This document shows, piece by piece, positions 28,288 to 37,672 of a DNA stretch of 62,293 nucleotides. The notes beneath the pieces were generated by a model. It saw only the letters and a program-made list of their open reading frames with translations, did not search any database and had not been told where the DNA came from. The stretch comes from Bdellovibrio sp. (GTDB lineage: Bacteria; Bdellovibrionota; Bdellovibrionia; Bdellovibrionales; Bdellovibrionaceae): assembly GCA_043759945.1 (NCBI GenBank), contig JAYUPS010000333.1, forward strand, positions 1 to 62,293, read 5' to 3'. The first letter of the stretch is position 1, and every line of letters starts with the position of its first letter. The translations under genes and the position numbers were made by a program.

Positions 28288-28962
28288 TTAGGAACCTTTT
28301 GTCGGCACTTCAAAAACCTCAGGGCCGGCAACGGCAAAAATGCGTTGGTCTTTCTTCGGTTTGATCTCAAAACCCCCCGTCAAAGTTCCAAACGAAGGCA
28401 AAATCAGCGAGTTTTCACCCAGAACGAAGCACGGCAGCCGAAGACGGACAGAGCCCTCTCGAATTAGAACCACGGGATGAATGTGCCCGCAAATCTGAAA
28501 ACTGGATTCTTTCTGGTCAGGTTTAAAATGACCCGCTTCATGGCCGTGGGACATTCTAATTTTACCGATCTGATGATCTTCGGGCATCAATTCCAAAGGA
28601 TAATTTTTTAGTTCTGGGATGGAGCCCCGCTCATGATTTCCCAAAAGCAAATTGAACTCGGTCGAAGAGTGCTTTTGAAAAAAGTCTGTCAAATCCCGGT
28701 GGATATTTTCGGTCCAGCTGCTTTTGTGGTGAACCAAATCGCCCAAGATAAAGACGCGAGTGGCTTCGGTTTCATGAATTAAGCTAGAGATATTGGCAAG
28801 ATCTTGTTGGTGTTCACCCGACGGAAGAGGAACCCCCCACTGTTGAAAGCTCTCGGCTTTTCCCAAATGCACATCTGAAAATCCCAAGATCTTTTCCCGC
28901 GGCCAAAAAAAAGCTTTTTTAGAAAGAAGATGCAGGTCTTCATTTTGGACTGTGATTTTCAA
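28288..28962 (-). CDS. pdeM: ligase-associated DNA damage response metallophosphoesterase (PdeM/MPE)
   Basis: Calcineurin-like motifs are FSDVHLGK, ILGDLVHH, GNHE and GHIHP. It is the last gene of the ligase/helicase operon. Confidence 0.8.
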   Translation of the reverse strand: MKITVQNEDLHLLSKKAFFWPREKILGFSDVHLGKAESFQQWGVPLPSGEHQQDLANISSLIHETEATRVFILGDLVHHKSSWTENIHRDLTDFFQKHSSTEFNLLLGNHERGSIPELKNYPLELMPEDHQIGKIRMSHGHEAGHFKPDQKESSFQICGHIHPVVLIREGSVRLRLPCFVLGENSLILPSFGTLTGGFEIKPKKDQRIFAVAGPEVFEVPTKGS

Positions 28963-31378
28963 GGGACCCTTTCTCCCAGCCTTTTTTTAGACGGGCGACT
29001 TTGGCTTCTAAAGTTTCGTTCGACAAACGAACTCCCTGACCCATCGAAAAATAAAGTGGAAATCCCAATGGCGAAGGATAAGTGACTAACTTCCACTGAA
29101 CCTGCTGCTTTGACAATCGATCCAAAGTGGTGCGCATGCGTTCGCTTTCCAAGGACCCTTTGAGTACCTCCTCGAAACTTTGCCGGATGAGCAGGTTACC
29201 CGGCTCGTGCTTTCGAAAAACCTCGTAAAGCAGACTAGAACTAATTTGCATTTGTCGACCCGATTTGGGCGAGCCCGGATAGCCGCTAAATACCAATCCC
29301 GCAATCGCAGAGACTTCCCGAAACTTGCGTTGACTGAGAGAGCTGACTTCCAGGGAATCTTTTAGTTCAAGTTCGATGTTATCCGAGGAAAAAAAATCAT
29401 CATCAAAAAGTTCCTGAAAGTCGTAGTCTGCGGGCCCCAGGATCTCAAAACCGTATTCGTTGATCGCAAATGAAAAAGTTGCGGGCTGGCGCTGGCTAAA
29501 GCGATGCGCCCACAGTTGACTTAGACCTTCGTGCACAAGTCGCCCCTCAAAGGGATAAACAAACAAGTGACTGCCCTCTTTGGATTCCCATTTTTCAAGC
29601 AAAAGTGATTGCGGCTGCGGTACAGCGGAGCGTTGCCTTTGGGCTTCAAACAAGGGGGCGAGCAATCCTTGGGTTTCTTGGGATCGTTCGCCGATAACTT
29701 CCCGCAGAGAACGACTTAAGGTCTCGGACATGGGAAGCAGTCCTCCGTCCCACGAAGGAATAGTGTTCGTTGGGCGGTTGGTGAGCTTTACGTAAGCCGT
29801 CATATCTTTAATCATGATAAGTTCTAATTTTCGACCACCAAACTGGAACACATCACCCCGCTTCATGCGCGAAATGAAATTTTCCTCCACGGAACCCAGC
29901 TTTTTTTGGTTTTGAAATGCCAAGCGCACCGATTCACGAGAAACTATTGTACCAATCGACATCCGATGCAAAGTCGCCAAACGACGATTGCTCAATCGAT
30001 AGTACCCGGTTTCTTGATCGTAGGAAATCTTATGAAACTGCGGATAGGCTTTAAGAGTTTCACCGCCCTTGGTTAGAAATTGCAAACACCACTGCAGTTC
30101 CTTTTCGGTAATTTCTGAAAATGAAAAGGTGGACTTTACGGCCTCTGTCAATTCATCCATGCGCAGTCCCGGACCACAAGCCAGCGTCGTCATATGTTGA
30201 AGTAAAACATCAATCGGCTTTTTCAGGGGATGGCGATTTTCAACGTGTCTTGCATCCAATGATTTTCGAACGGCCTCAAGTTCCAAGATCTCCCAGGAAT
30301 TTGTGGGCAGAAATAATAACTGACTGGTGCCGCCCGGACGATGTGCCGAACGACCCGCTCGCTGAATAAGCCGCGCCACCAGTTTCGGACTGCCGATTTG
30401 CACAACTTTTTCCACAGGCTGAAAATCGACTCCCAAATCCAAAGACGAGGTGCAAATAACCCATTTCAGGTCGCCATTGCGAATACCCTCTTCCACCATT
30501 TCACGGTCTTCGCGATCCAGAGAACTGTGGTGAATGGCGATAAGATCTTTCATATCGGGGCGGCTCTGAACAAAGGCCTCGTACCAACGCTCGGCTTGAG
30601 AACGGGTGTTTGCAAAGATAAGCGTCGATTCATCCGGATTGAGTGTCGCCAATAACTTGTCTTTGAGCGCAAAACCCAGGTGTCCTGCCCAGGGGAATCC
30701 ATCAATGCGGTCGGGAAGCAGGCATTCCATATCTAATTTTCGATCGGAACCGCCGGAAATAATTTTGGGACGAATCGTTGGACCAACTGCGACTTGGGCG
30801 GCTTCTTCAAGATTTCCAATGGATGCCGAAAGTGCGATCACTTGCAGTTCGGGATTTAAAAATCGCAGGTAAGACAAAGACAGTTCCAGCAGACTGCCTC
30901 TTTTACTGGAAAGAAGCTCATGCCATTCGTCCAAGATGACAACTTCGATCGTTTTTAAATAATTTTCAGCATCGATCTGCGAAATTAAGACCGCCAAAGA
31001 CTCTGGCGTCGTTAACAAAAGATCCGGAGGACTAAGAAGTTGTTTTTTCTTTGCCGAACCCTTGGTGTCTCCGGTTCGCGATTCGATCTTGATAGACCAG
31101 CCCTCTTGCTCGATGGGTTCCCGAATCGCATGCTCTATGTCCCGCGTCAGCGCCCGCAAGGGTGTTAGATACAACGCTTTAAGCCCCTTTTTTGGTTTTG
31201 CTAAAAATCGCGCCAGGGGGCCCAAGACCGCGGCATAAGTTTTCCCGCTTCCTGTCGGCACATGCAGCAGTGTCGATTCACCATCAAGAAAAGCATTCCA
31301 AGCTTCTTCTTGAAACGGGAAGGGTTTCCATTTTCGGCTTTTAAAAAACTTTTGGATCGGTAGAAGTTCTGCTCTCAC
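28940..31378 (-). CDS. ligase-associated DNA damage response DEXH-box helicase (Lhr-core-like)
   Basis: 812 aa. Motifs are PTGSGKT (Walker A), ILDEWHEL (DExH) and QRAGRSAHR (motif VI). Confidence 0.85.
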   Translation of the reverse strand: MRAELLPIQKFFKSRKWKPFPFQEEAWNAFLDGESTLLHVPTGSGKTYAAVLGPLARFLAKPKKGLKALYLTPLRALTRDIEHAIREPIEQEGWSIKIESRTGDTKGSAKKKQLLSPPDLLLTTPESLAVLISQIDAENYLKTIEVVILDEWHELLSSKRGSLLELSLSYLRFLNPELQVIALSASIGNLEEAAQVAVGPTIRPKIISGGSDRKLDMECLLPDRIDGFPWAGHLGFALKDKLLATLNPDESTLIFANTRSQAERWYEAFVQSRPDMKDLIAIHHSSLDREDREMVEEGIRNGDLKWVICTSSLDLGVDFQPVEKVVQIGSPKLVARLIQRAGRSAHRPGGTSQLLFLPTNSWEILELEAVRKSLDARHVENRHPLKKPIDVLLQHMTTLACGPGLRMDELTEAVKSTFSFSEITEKELQWCLQFLTKGGETLKAYPQFHKISYDQETGYYRLSNRRLATLHRMSIGTIVSRESVRLAFQNQKKLGSVEENFISRMKRGDVFQFGGRKLELIMIKDMTAYVKLTNRPTNTIPSWDGGLLPMSETLSRSLREVIGERSQETQGLLAPLFEAQRQRSAVPQPQSLLLEKWESKEGSHLFVYPFEGRLVHEGLSQLWAHRFSQRQPATFSFAINEYGFEILGPADYDFQELFDDDFFSSDNIELELKDSLEVSSLSQRKFREVSAIAGLVFSGYPGSPKSGRQMQISSSLLYEVFRKHEPGNLLIRQSFEEVLKGSLESERMRTTLDRLSKQQVQWKLVTYPSPLGFPLYFSMGQGVRLSNETLEAKVARLKKGWEKGSLENHSPK

Positions 31379-33057
31379 CGGAACTCACTTTTTTGAATTA
31401 CGCCGGCGGCGGCGTTGAGCAAATGCATCGCCGTCTGCAAAGTATCGGCGTCTTCGACCTTCTTATCTTTACGCCAACGTAAAATGCGCGGAAAACGCAC
31501 CGCTATTCCCGATTTATGACGCTTTGACGCCAAGATGCCCTCAAATGCGATTTCAAAAACATGATGGGGTTGAAGACTGCGCACGGGACCAAATTTTTCT
31601 TTCGTGTGCCTGCGAATCCAAGCATCCAATTCATCGATTTCCGCCTGATTAAGCCCCGAATACGCTTTGGCAAAAGGAACCAGCTGCCGTTCGTTTTTTT
31701 CATTTTCTGCGGACCACAAAGCAAAGGTGTAATCTGTGTACAGGTTCGCGCGACGGCCCGTCCCCGCCTGGGCATAGATAAGAGCGGCATCCAAGGTCAA
31801 GGGATCTACTTTGTGTTTCCACCAAGCTCCCGTTTTTCGCCCAACACTGTAATTGCTCTCCCAGTCTTTGAGCATGAGCCCTTCGGCGTCCGTTTCTCTA
31901 GACTGGGCTCTCAAGGCCTCTAAGTCTTCTAAACTTTCTGCTTTTAAAATTGGAGACACCAGAAAATGATCGCTCACTAAGGGCTGGCAAAGTTCGTTCA
32001 AGTGCATTTTGCGCGCTCTCAGTGACTTTTGGCGGATGTCTTGGCCCTGATATTCCAAACAATCATAGGCCATGAATCCCGCAGGATAATCTTTCAATGT
32101 GGTTGGCGAAACTTTCTTTCGCCCCAATCGTTTTTGCAAAGCTTGAAAAGGTTGAATCCGCCCGTCTTTGATAATCAAAATCTCGCCATCCAGAACACTA
32201 CCCGCCGGAAGTTTTTCAAATAAGCCCACCAAGTCTGGAAAAGATCTTTTGATTTCCTCTTCGCCGCGAGACCAAATCCAAAGATTTTCCTTTCCTTGAT
32301 CCTCCCGCTTTATGGCTTGCGATCGGATACCGTCGTATTTCCATTCAATCGCCCAGGTCGCGGGATTCCAATCTTTTTGGGATCGATCTGTCCAGGCATG
32401 AGCTAAACAAAACGGATAAGGTTGGCTCGGAACAAATTCAATCGTCCCCGGGCTGATGAGTCTTTCAAAATTTTCGCCGCCGGGGGCAACTTGGCCGGTC
32501 AACCGATGCGCCACCAGATCTGTCGGCACTCCAAAAACATCAGCGAGCGCGCGGACAACCAGTCTTTCACTGACTCCGACCCGAAAACCGCCGGTCATTA
32601 ATTTACTAAGAACAAATATTTCCGAGGGCAAAAGCTGCTTCCAGTATTCAAGAAGCTTCTGTGATTTCTGGTTCACATCTTCAATTTCGGCGATTTGGGG
32701 GATTTCAGTTTCCATCCATTCACTCAAAGTTTTATCAACTAAGTTGGTATTCTTATCTCCCTCTTTTTTGGTAAGCCCTTGGGACTGCAAGAGCAAGCTC
32801 ACGGTCTCTGCGGTATCGCCGACCTGCGAATAACTTTCCTCGAAGAGCCAGTCGGGGTAATTGGTGGCTTTCAAAAACAGCTCCCGAACGGATCTCGAGG
32901 TCAAAACTCGCTTCGAAACCCGAGACGTTAAAATTAATACCGCCCACATCGCATCCTGAGAATTTGTTTGTGCAAAATACTTTTTCAGAACGTCTATCTT
33001 TTCATTTGTCGAAGTCGTGGCGTCAACATTTTCGAAAAGCTGGGTAAAGGCCTTCAC
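31375..33057 (-). CDS. ATP-dependent DNA ligase
   Basis: 560 aa. The adenylation motif is EWKYDGIRSQ. Motifs EGLMLK and WWKHK are also present. It has 4-nt overlaps with both neighbours. Confidence 0.85.
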   Translation of the reverse strand: MKAFTQLFENVDATTSTNEKIDVLKKYFAQTNSQDAMWAVLILTSRVSKRVLTSRSVRELFLKATNYPDWLFEESYSQVGDTAETVSLLLQSQGLTKKEGDKNTNLVDKTLSEWMETEIPQIAEIEDVNQKSQKLLEYWKQLLPSEIFVLSKLMTGGFRVGVSERLVVRALADVFGVPTDLVAHRLTGQVAPGGENFERLISPGTIEFVPSQPYPFCLAHAWTDRSQKDWNPATWAIEWKYDGIRSQAIKREDQGKENLWIWSRGEEEIKRSFPDLVGLFEKLPAGSVLDGEILIIKDGRIQPFQALQKRLGRKKVSPTTLKDYPAGFMAYDCLEYQGQDIRQKSLRARKMHLNELCQPLVSDHFLVSPILKAESLEDLEALRAQSRETDAEGLMLKDWESNYSVGRKTGAWWKHKVDPLTLDAALIYAQAGTGRRANLYTDYTFALWSAENEKNERQLVPFAKAYSGLNQAEIDELDAWIRRHTKEKFGPVRSLQPHHVFEIAFEGILASKRHKSGIAVRFPRILRWRKDKKVEDADTLQTAMHLLNAAAGVIQKSEFR

Positions 33058-34091
33058 ACGCTGACCCCTTCGGTGTCCTGATATTCTGTCTCGAACAAAC
33101 GAACATCCAAATTTTTCTCTTTAAGATAGCGCTCTAGCACATCCGTCTTACCATGAGTCAAAAAGATGGTTTTTGCGCCCGTTTGTTCGATGGTTAAATT
33201 TAGCTCGGCCCAGTCGGCATGATCTGAAAGCACGAACCCTTTTTCGTAGCCTTTACGTCGACGGGCTCCGCGCACTTGCATCCATCCCGACGCAAACGCC
33301 GTTTGTGGAAGTTTAAATCTTTTCATCCAGGTTGAACGGTGGGCCGAGGGTGGAGCTAAGATCAATTGACCCTTAAAATCAGTTGTTTTGTCGGTTTCCG
33401 CAATGGGGATTGTGGGAAGCATCCGCACACCCTGCTCGCGATAAATTTCCGTCAAAGTTTGAATCGCTCCATGCAGGTAAACAGATTGTCTTGTCAGGGG
33501 CGCGAGTTCCGCTAAAATTCGTTGAGCTTTTCCCAGGGCATAACAAAATAAGATCGAGGGTCTGTCGGGATCGGACTGCCACCATTCAAATATTTTCCTG
33601 CCGGTAACATCGCCTGGCTCCCATTGGTAAATCGGCAGGGCAAAGGTTGCTTCGGAAACAAAAGTATCGCACTTCACCACTTCAAATGGGTCACAGCTTG
33701 GATCTGGAGTTCTTTTGTAATCACCCGATAGAACCCAAACCTGGCCCTGGTGTTCGATCCGAACTTGCGAAGATCCCAGAATGTGCCCAGCGGGATGAAA
33801 ACTGACGGTCGTTGCCCCCAGCTGAAATTTCTTTCCGTATGCATAGCCTTGAATATTAATGTTCGCACCCAATCGGTGATAAAGCAGCGGAACGCATTTC
33901 TGACTTGAGTAGTAGTTTTTCGATCCCACGCGCGCATGGTCGGAATGCCCATGAGTGATCACAGCCACATCCACGGGTCGCCAAGGATCAATGTAGAAAT
34001 CCCCGGCCTGACAATAAAGGCCTTTCTTGGTGACCGTCACAAGATCTTTCATCAATTCTTTCATTGGGCCGGGTATAACATTATTCCCCAT
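33054..34091 (-). CDS. ligase-associated DNA damage response exonuclease (metallo-beta-lactamase / beta-CASP fold)
   Basis: MBL motif ITHGHSDH. The C-terminal LSDHAD is beta-CASP-like. It is the first gene of the operon. Confidence 0.8.
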   Translation of the reverse strand: MGNNVIPGPMKELMKDLVTVTKKGLYCQAGDFYIDPWRPVDVAVITHGHSDHARVGSKNYYSSQKCVPLLYHRLGANINIQGYAYGKKFQLGATTVSFHPAGHILGSSQVRIEHQGQVWVLSGDYKRTPDPSCDPFEVVKCDTFVSEATFALPIYQWEPGDVTGRKIFEWWQSDPDRPSILFCYALGKAQRILAELAPLTRQSVYLHGAIQTLTEIYREQGVRMLPTIPIAETDKTTDFKGQLILAPPSAHRSTWMKRFKLPQTAFASGWMQVRGARRRKGYEKGFVLSDHADWAELNLTIEQTGAKTIFLTHGKTDVLERYLKEKNLDVRLFETEYQDTEGVSV

Positions 34092-34130
34092 CTTCGGCTT
34101 CTAGTTTGGGAAAAATTTGGACAATTTTAG

Positions 34131-34547
34131 CTAGTTCCAGATCTCTTGGATCTTGTCGGCCTCGGTCCCTTTCATTAAAGCCTGTAGTATTTTTACCGCT
34201 CCAGATTCTTCACACCGAAGGGTGTACATCGTCGATTCAGAAAAGTGGGCCGAATTGTTATCTTGCGTGTAGGGCCATCGCACCCAAGCCAGCGCAATGT
34301 GTTGAGTCGGCCACTCCAAACCCTCGAGCACCGGGTGGGTGTGCCGGATCCCCTTGCGGTTGTACTGCACTTTGGCCTGAGAAAAAAAATTTTTCGCCTG
34401 GGTCGGGGACGTCACCGCAAAAGACATTTGCTCGCCAACAACCAAAGAAGGATAAGCCCACATGTTCGACAAACTCTCAACGTCGCCTTTGGTCATTGCT
34501 TTCCCGTAGCTCTCTAAAAATTCTTTGATGCGGGACTCAAGTTGCAT
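34131..34547 (-). CDS. hypothetical NTF2/SnoaL-like fold protein (weak)
   Basis: 138 aa. The start MQLESRIKEFLESYGKAMTKGDVESLSNMW is typical of NTF2-like small proteins. The overlapping plus-strand ORF is Arg/Ser/Pro-rich and looks spurious. Confidence 0.5.
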   Translation of the reverse strand: MQLESRIKEFLESYGKAMTKGDVESLSNMWAYPSLVVGEQMSFAVTSPTQAKNFFSQAKVQYNRKGIRHTHPVLEGLEWPTQHIALAWVRWPYTQDNNSAHFSESTMYTLRCEESGAVKILQALMKGTEADKIQEIWN

Positions 34548-34612
34548 CGGGTCCTCCGTTTATTGGTTTCAGAATTGCAGACTTTGCTCGAAGTCTTGCC
34601 AGGGAGGCAGCA

Positions 34613-35185
34613 ATGAACGAGCCAAAGATTGAAATTCCATTGTCAGAAAAAATGAAGAGTGTTCCCGGATTTTTTGGGATCCGTCTGGACGAAGAACCTC
34701 CGTTCGAAGTTTTGAATCACGAAGGTGATAAAGAAATTCGTCTTTACGATGAACAGATACTTGCGACGACGCCAATGGCCTCTAACCAAGAAAGTGACCG
34801 CAGCTTGGCGTTTCTTCGGTTGGCCGGCTATATTTTTGGAAATGAAATCCCAATGACCATTCCCGTAATAACTCATCAAGATGTTGACGGGTGGACAATG
34901 TCATTCGTCCTTCCTAAGAATTGCCAAATTGAATCCGTCCCGCAGCCACCCAATCAGATTGTTTTGCAAAAAATTGAGACTCAAATTTGGGCGGCGATCC
35001 GTTACACCGGCAATTTTGATAGGAACGTCATGAATGCAAAAGCACGGGAGTTGGAAATTTGGGTGGCTTCCCAATCCGGATTTCAATCGGCGTCAAAGCC
35101 GCGGTGGGCGCAGTATGATGCTCCGTTCACGATTCCTTTTTTAAAACGAAATGAAGCTCAAATTCAAGTTCTGCCTTTGCAATAA
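34613..35185 (+). CDS. SOUL heme-binding protein family
   Basis: Motifs are EIRLYDEQILATT and FLRLAGYIFGNEIPMTIPV (the F..L..YI.G.N....MT.PV pattern). Confidence 0.7.
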   Translation: MNEPKIEIPLSEKMKSVPGFFGIRLDEEPPFEVLNHEGDKEIRLYDEQILATTPMASNQESDRSLAFLRLAGYIFGNEIPMTIPVITHQDVDGWTMSFVLPKNCQIESVPQPPNQIVLQKIETQIWAAIRYTGNFDRNVMNAKARELEIWVASQSGFQSASKPRWAQYDAPFTIPFLKRNEAQIQVLPLQ

Positions 35186-35220
35186 TCTGTAATGTTATTA
35201 ACAACCCAAAGGATTAATTC

Positions 35221-36264
35221 ATGAAAATTTCTCTTCGAAAAAAACTGTTTCAATCGGCAGCGGCTATTGGATTTGCGTTGGGCCTGACCGCAATTCCTTT
35301 GGTAGCAAAAACGGCAACACCCGACAAAGACATGAAAAAAGTTTTGGATCAACTGGCTTCTAAAAATGGAAAGCCAATTGAAACTTTATCCCCTGCTGAA
35401 GCCCGAATGCAGCCTTCTCCGGCCGATGCTGTGAAAGATATTTTGGTGAAAGAAAAAATGGAAAAAACTCCGCCACTAGCATCAGTGAATGACATTACCA
35501 TCACGGGTGCAGCCGGAAATATCTCCGCCAGGGTCTACACTCCCAAAGGCAAGGGCCCACTGCCAGTGGTGGTCTATTACCACGGCGGTGGATTTGTCAT
35601 TGCGACCAATGACACCTACGACGCGACCCCACGCTCGCTCGCCAGTCAATCCGGAGCAATTTTTATATCAGTTGAATATCGAAAAGCTCCCGAATCAAAA
35701 TTTCCTGCGGCTCACGACGATGCCTTTGCGGCTTACAAGTGGGTGCTGGCAAATGCGGCCACATTGGGTGGTGATTCTACGCGTGTGGCGGTTGCGGGAG
35801 AAAGTGCCGGTGGAAACCTGGCACTGAATGTGGCGATCAAAGCCCGAGACGAAAAGATTCAAACTCCCGTTTACTCGCTCCTGGTCTATCCCGTGGCCAG
35901 CAACGATTTGAATTCTGCGTCTTATAAAGAGCATGCTTCCGCCAAGCCTTTAAATAAACCAATGATGGAGTGGTTCGTAAAACAATACTTGGTCTCGCCG
36001 GATCAGGCGAAAGATCCACGCATCAATTTGGTGGCCGCAAACCTAAAGGGCCTGCCCGCGACAACAATTATCACGGCCGAAATTGATCCTTTGCAGGTTG
36101 ATGGAAGTCTTTTGGCAGATAAATTGAAACAAGCCGGAGTCAAAGTGAACTACAAGAATTACAAGGGCGTGACCCACGAGTTTTTCGGCATGGCCGCTTT
36201 GGTGGATGATGCAGAAGAAGCGCAAGAGTACGCGGTCTCTGATCTAAAAAAATCTTTCAAATAG
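35221..36264 (+). CDS. secreted alpha/beta hydrolase, hormone-sensitive-lipase-type esterase
   Basis: Signal peptide present. The oxyanion motif is YYHGGGF, the nucleophile elbow is GESAGGN, and a C-terminal His lies in GVTHEF. Confidence 0.8.
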   Translation: MKISLRKKLFQSAAAIGFALGLTAIPLVAKTATPDKDMKKVLDQLASKNGKPIETLSPAEARMQPSPADAVKDILVKEKMEKTPPLASVNDITITGAAGNISARVYTPKGKGPLPVVVYYHGGGFVIATNDTYDATPRSLASQSGAIFISVEYRKAPESKFPAAHDDAFAAYKWVLANAATLGGDSTRVAVAGESAGGNLALNVAIKARDEKIQTPVYSLLVYPVASNDLNSASYKEHASAKPLNKPMMEWFVKQYLVSPDQAKDPRINLVAANLKGLPATTIITAEIDPLQVDGSLLADKLKQAGVKVNYKNYKGVTHEFFGMAALVDDAEEAQEYAVSDLKKSFK

Positions 36265-37672
36265 ATTCTTCTAATTTAGCGGCTAATTTCAAATCCTCGA
36301 CCAAATCGCGCAAGCGTTGGTCGAGCTCTTCTTGGTTGAAAGAACGTAAAATCGCAGCGGGATGCCAAGAGATAATTACTGATTTCGCGTAGGGATTATC
36401 TTTGATAATTTTCCCGCGTTCGCTGCCAATTTTCGGTAACCGCCCCAGAACGCTCGTGGCCGCAGTTATCCCGAGGGCTACAATAATATCGGGTTTCACG
36501 TGATTGATTTCGGCTTCGAGCCACGGTCGACAGGCATGCATCTCGGTGCCCGTGGGTTTTTGATGAATACGAGCTTTGCTGGACCCTTCCGCGGGGCGCC
36601 CTTCCGCGGGGCGCCACTTGAAATGCTTAACTGCGTTTGTTAGGTAGACGCTTTCGCGATTTAAGCCGGCTTGGCTGAAAGCCCGATTGAGCATTTCCCC
36701 GGCGGGCCCCACAAACAGTCGGCCGCTCAAGTCCTCTTGGTCGCCGGGTTGTTCTCCGACAATAAAAATTCTTGCGTCTTCGGGACCCTCGCCAAAAACA
36801 GTTTGGGTTGCGTGGCTGTAGAGCGGACAGGCCGTGCAGACTTTGGCGGCCTGTTTTAAAACTTGGAGACTCTTTGTGTCAGGCACTTTGGCTTGGATAT
36901 TTTGTTTTTTTGCCATCTCTTGCAATCTTTGTGGCGCTTGGCGCACAAGTTCCTGCATGATCTCGATCTCTGGCAGGCTCTCCCAATACTTTGGAGCCAT
37001 TTCCGCTCTCATAGCCTTGATTTTAATACGGGCCGGATTAAAAATTGAGGCGTAATAGGATTTCCACAACTCGTCGAAATCATCTTTGAACTTGAATTGA
37101 TTTTGGGGAATTCCCTCGGAGAAAGTAAGTCTCATTCCATCCCAATGGGCGGAACTGTCAGGGGTAAAGATCGACCAGGGTTTATCACCGAAACGACGAA
37201 CAAAAAATTGAGCGCCCTCTTCGAGACAGGGATGCTCGGGGCGATGCCAAGCGACGTAGCGCTGTTCACCCTGCCATTCGACTTCTTTAAACCGAACAAA
37301 GGCATGCATTTTATGAAGATCCCGCTTTACTGATTTGTACAAATCATTGAATTTCAAAATGTCGGAATCAATCAAGATATTTAAAAGTTCGGGTTCGTCA
37401 TTTTGCAGTCGAAACAAGATTCGATAAAGCAAAGCCCACTTGCCATCGTCTCGACTTAAGGAAACAAACCGGGCGGCCTTTAAAAATTCCGGCGGGACCG
37501 TGGGACTTTTCTTTATTGGCACGACCGGCTCTGAGATCTGCATCGAAAAAAGATTTAAAGACTCGCTGGCTTCGCTCCACTGAATATGCTCCGGCTCTAT
37601 CCCCGCGATCAAAAGTCGGCGTGCTTCAACCCTCCAACTTTTAAAATGGGGCTCAAACTGAGCGGTAATCAT
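36257..37672 (-). CDS. DUF4130 domain fused to a family-4 / UdgX-like uracil-DNA glycosylase domain (partner of the DNA modification/repair radical SAM protein)
   Basis: 471 aa. The C-terminal half has CTACPL (Fe-S Cys), VGEQPGDQED (motif A), NAVKHFKW...KARIHQKP...ACRPW and SWHPAAILR (motif B). There is a 4-nt overlap with the upstream radical SAM gene. Confidence 0.75.
   Translation of the reverse strand: MITAQFEPHFKSWRVEARRLLIAGIEPEHIQWSEASESLNLFSMQISEPVVPIKKSPTVPPEFLKAARFVSLSRDDGKWALLYRILFRLQNDEPELLNILIDSDILKFNDLYKSVKRDLHKMHAFVRFKEVEWQGEQRYVAWHRPEHPCLEEGAQFFVRRFGDKPWSIFTPDSSAHWDGMRLTFSEGIPQNQFKFKDDFDELWKSYYASIFNPARIKIKAMRAEMAPKYWESLPEIEIMQELVRQAPQRLQEMAKKQNIQAKVPDTKSLQVLKQAAKVCTACPLYSHATQTVFGEGPEDARIFIVGEQPGDQEDLSGRLFVGPAGEMLNRAFSQAGLNRESVYLTNAVKHFKWRPAEGRPAEGSSKARIHQKPTGTEMHACRPWLEAEINHVKPDIIVALGITAATSVLGRLPKIGSERGKIIKDNPYAKSVIISWHPAAILRSFNQEELDQRLRDLVEDLKLAAKLEESI
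36586..36615 (-). repeat. perfect 15-bp tandem duplication CTTCCGCGGGGCGCC x2 inside the glycosylase gene
   Basis: Read directly: 36586-36600 is identical to 36601-36615. It is in frame and encodes RPAEG-RPAEG. Confidence 0.95.

Noticed and set aside
34106-34528. 140-aa plus-strand ORF overlapping 34131..34547 (-)
   Set aside because: Its Arg/Ser/Pro/Cys-rich translation looks non-protein-like. The minus-strand product has an ordinary globular composition and an NTF2-like N-terminus.
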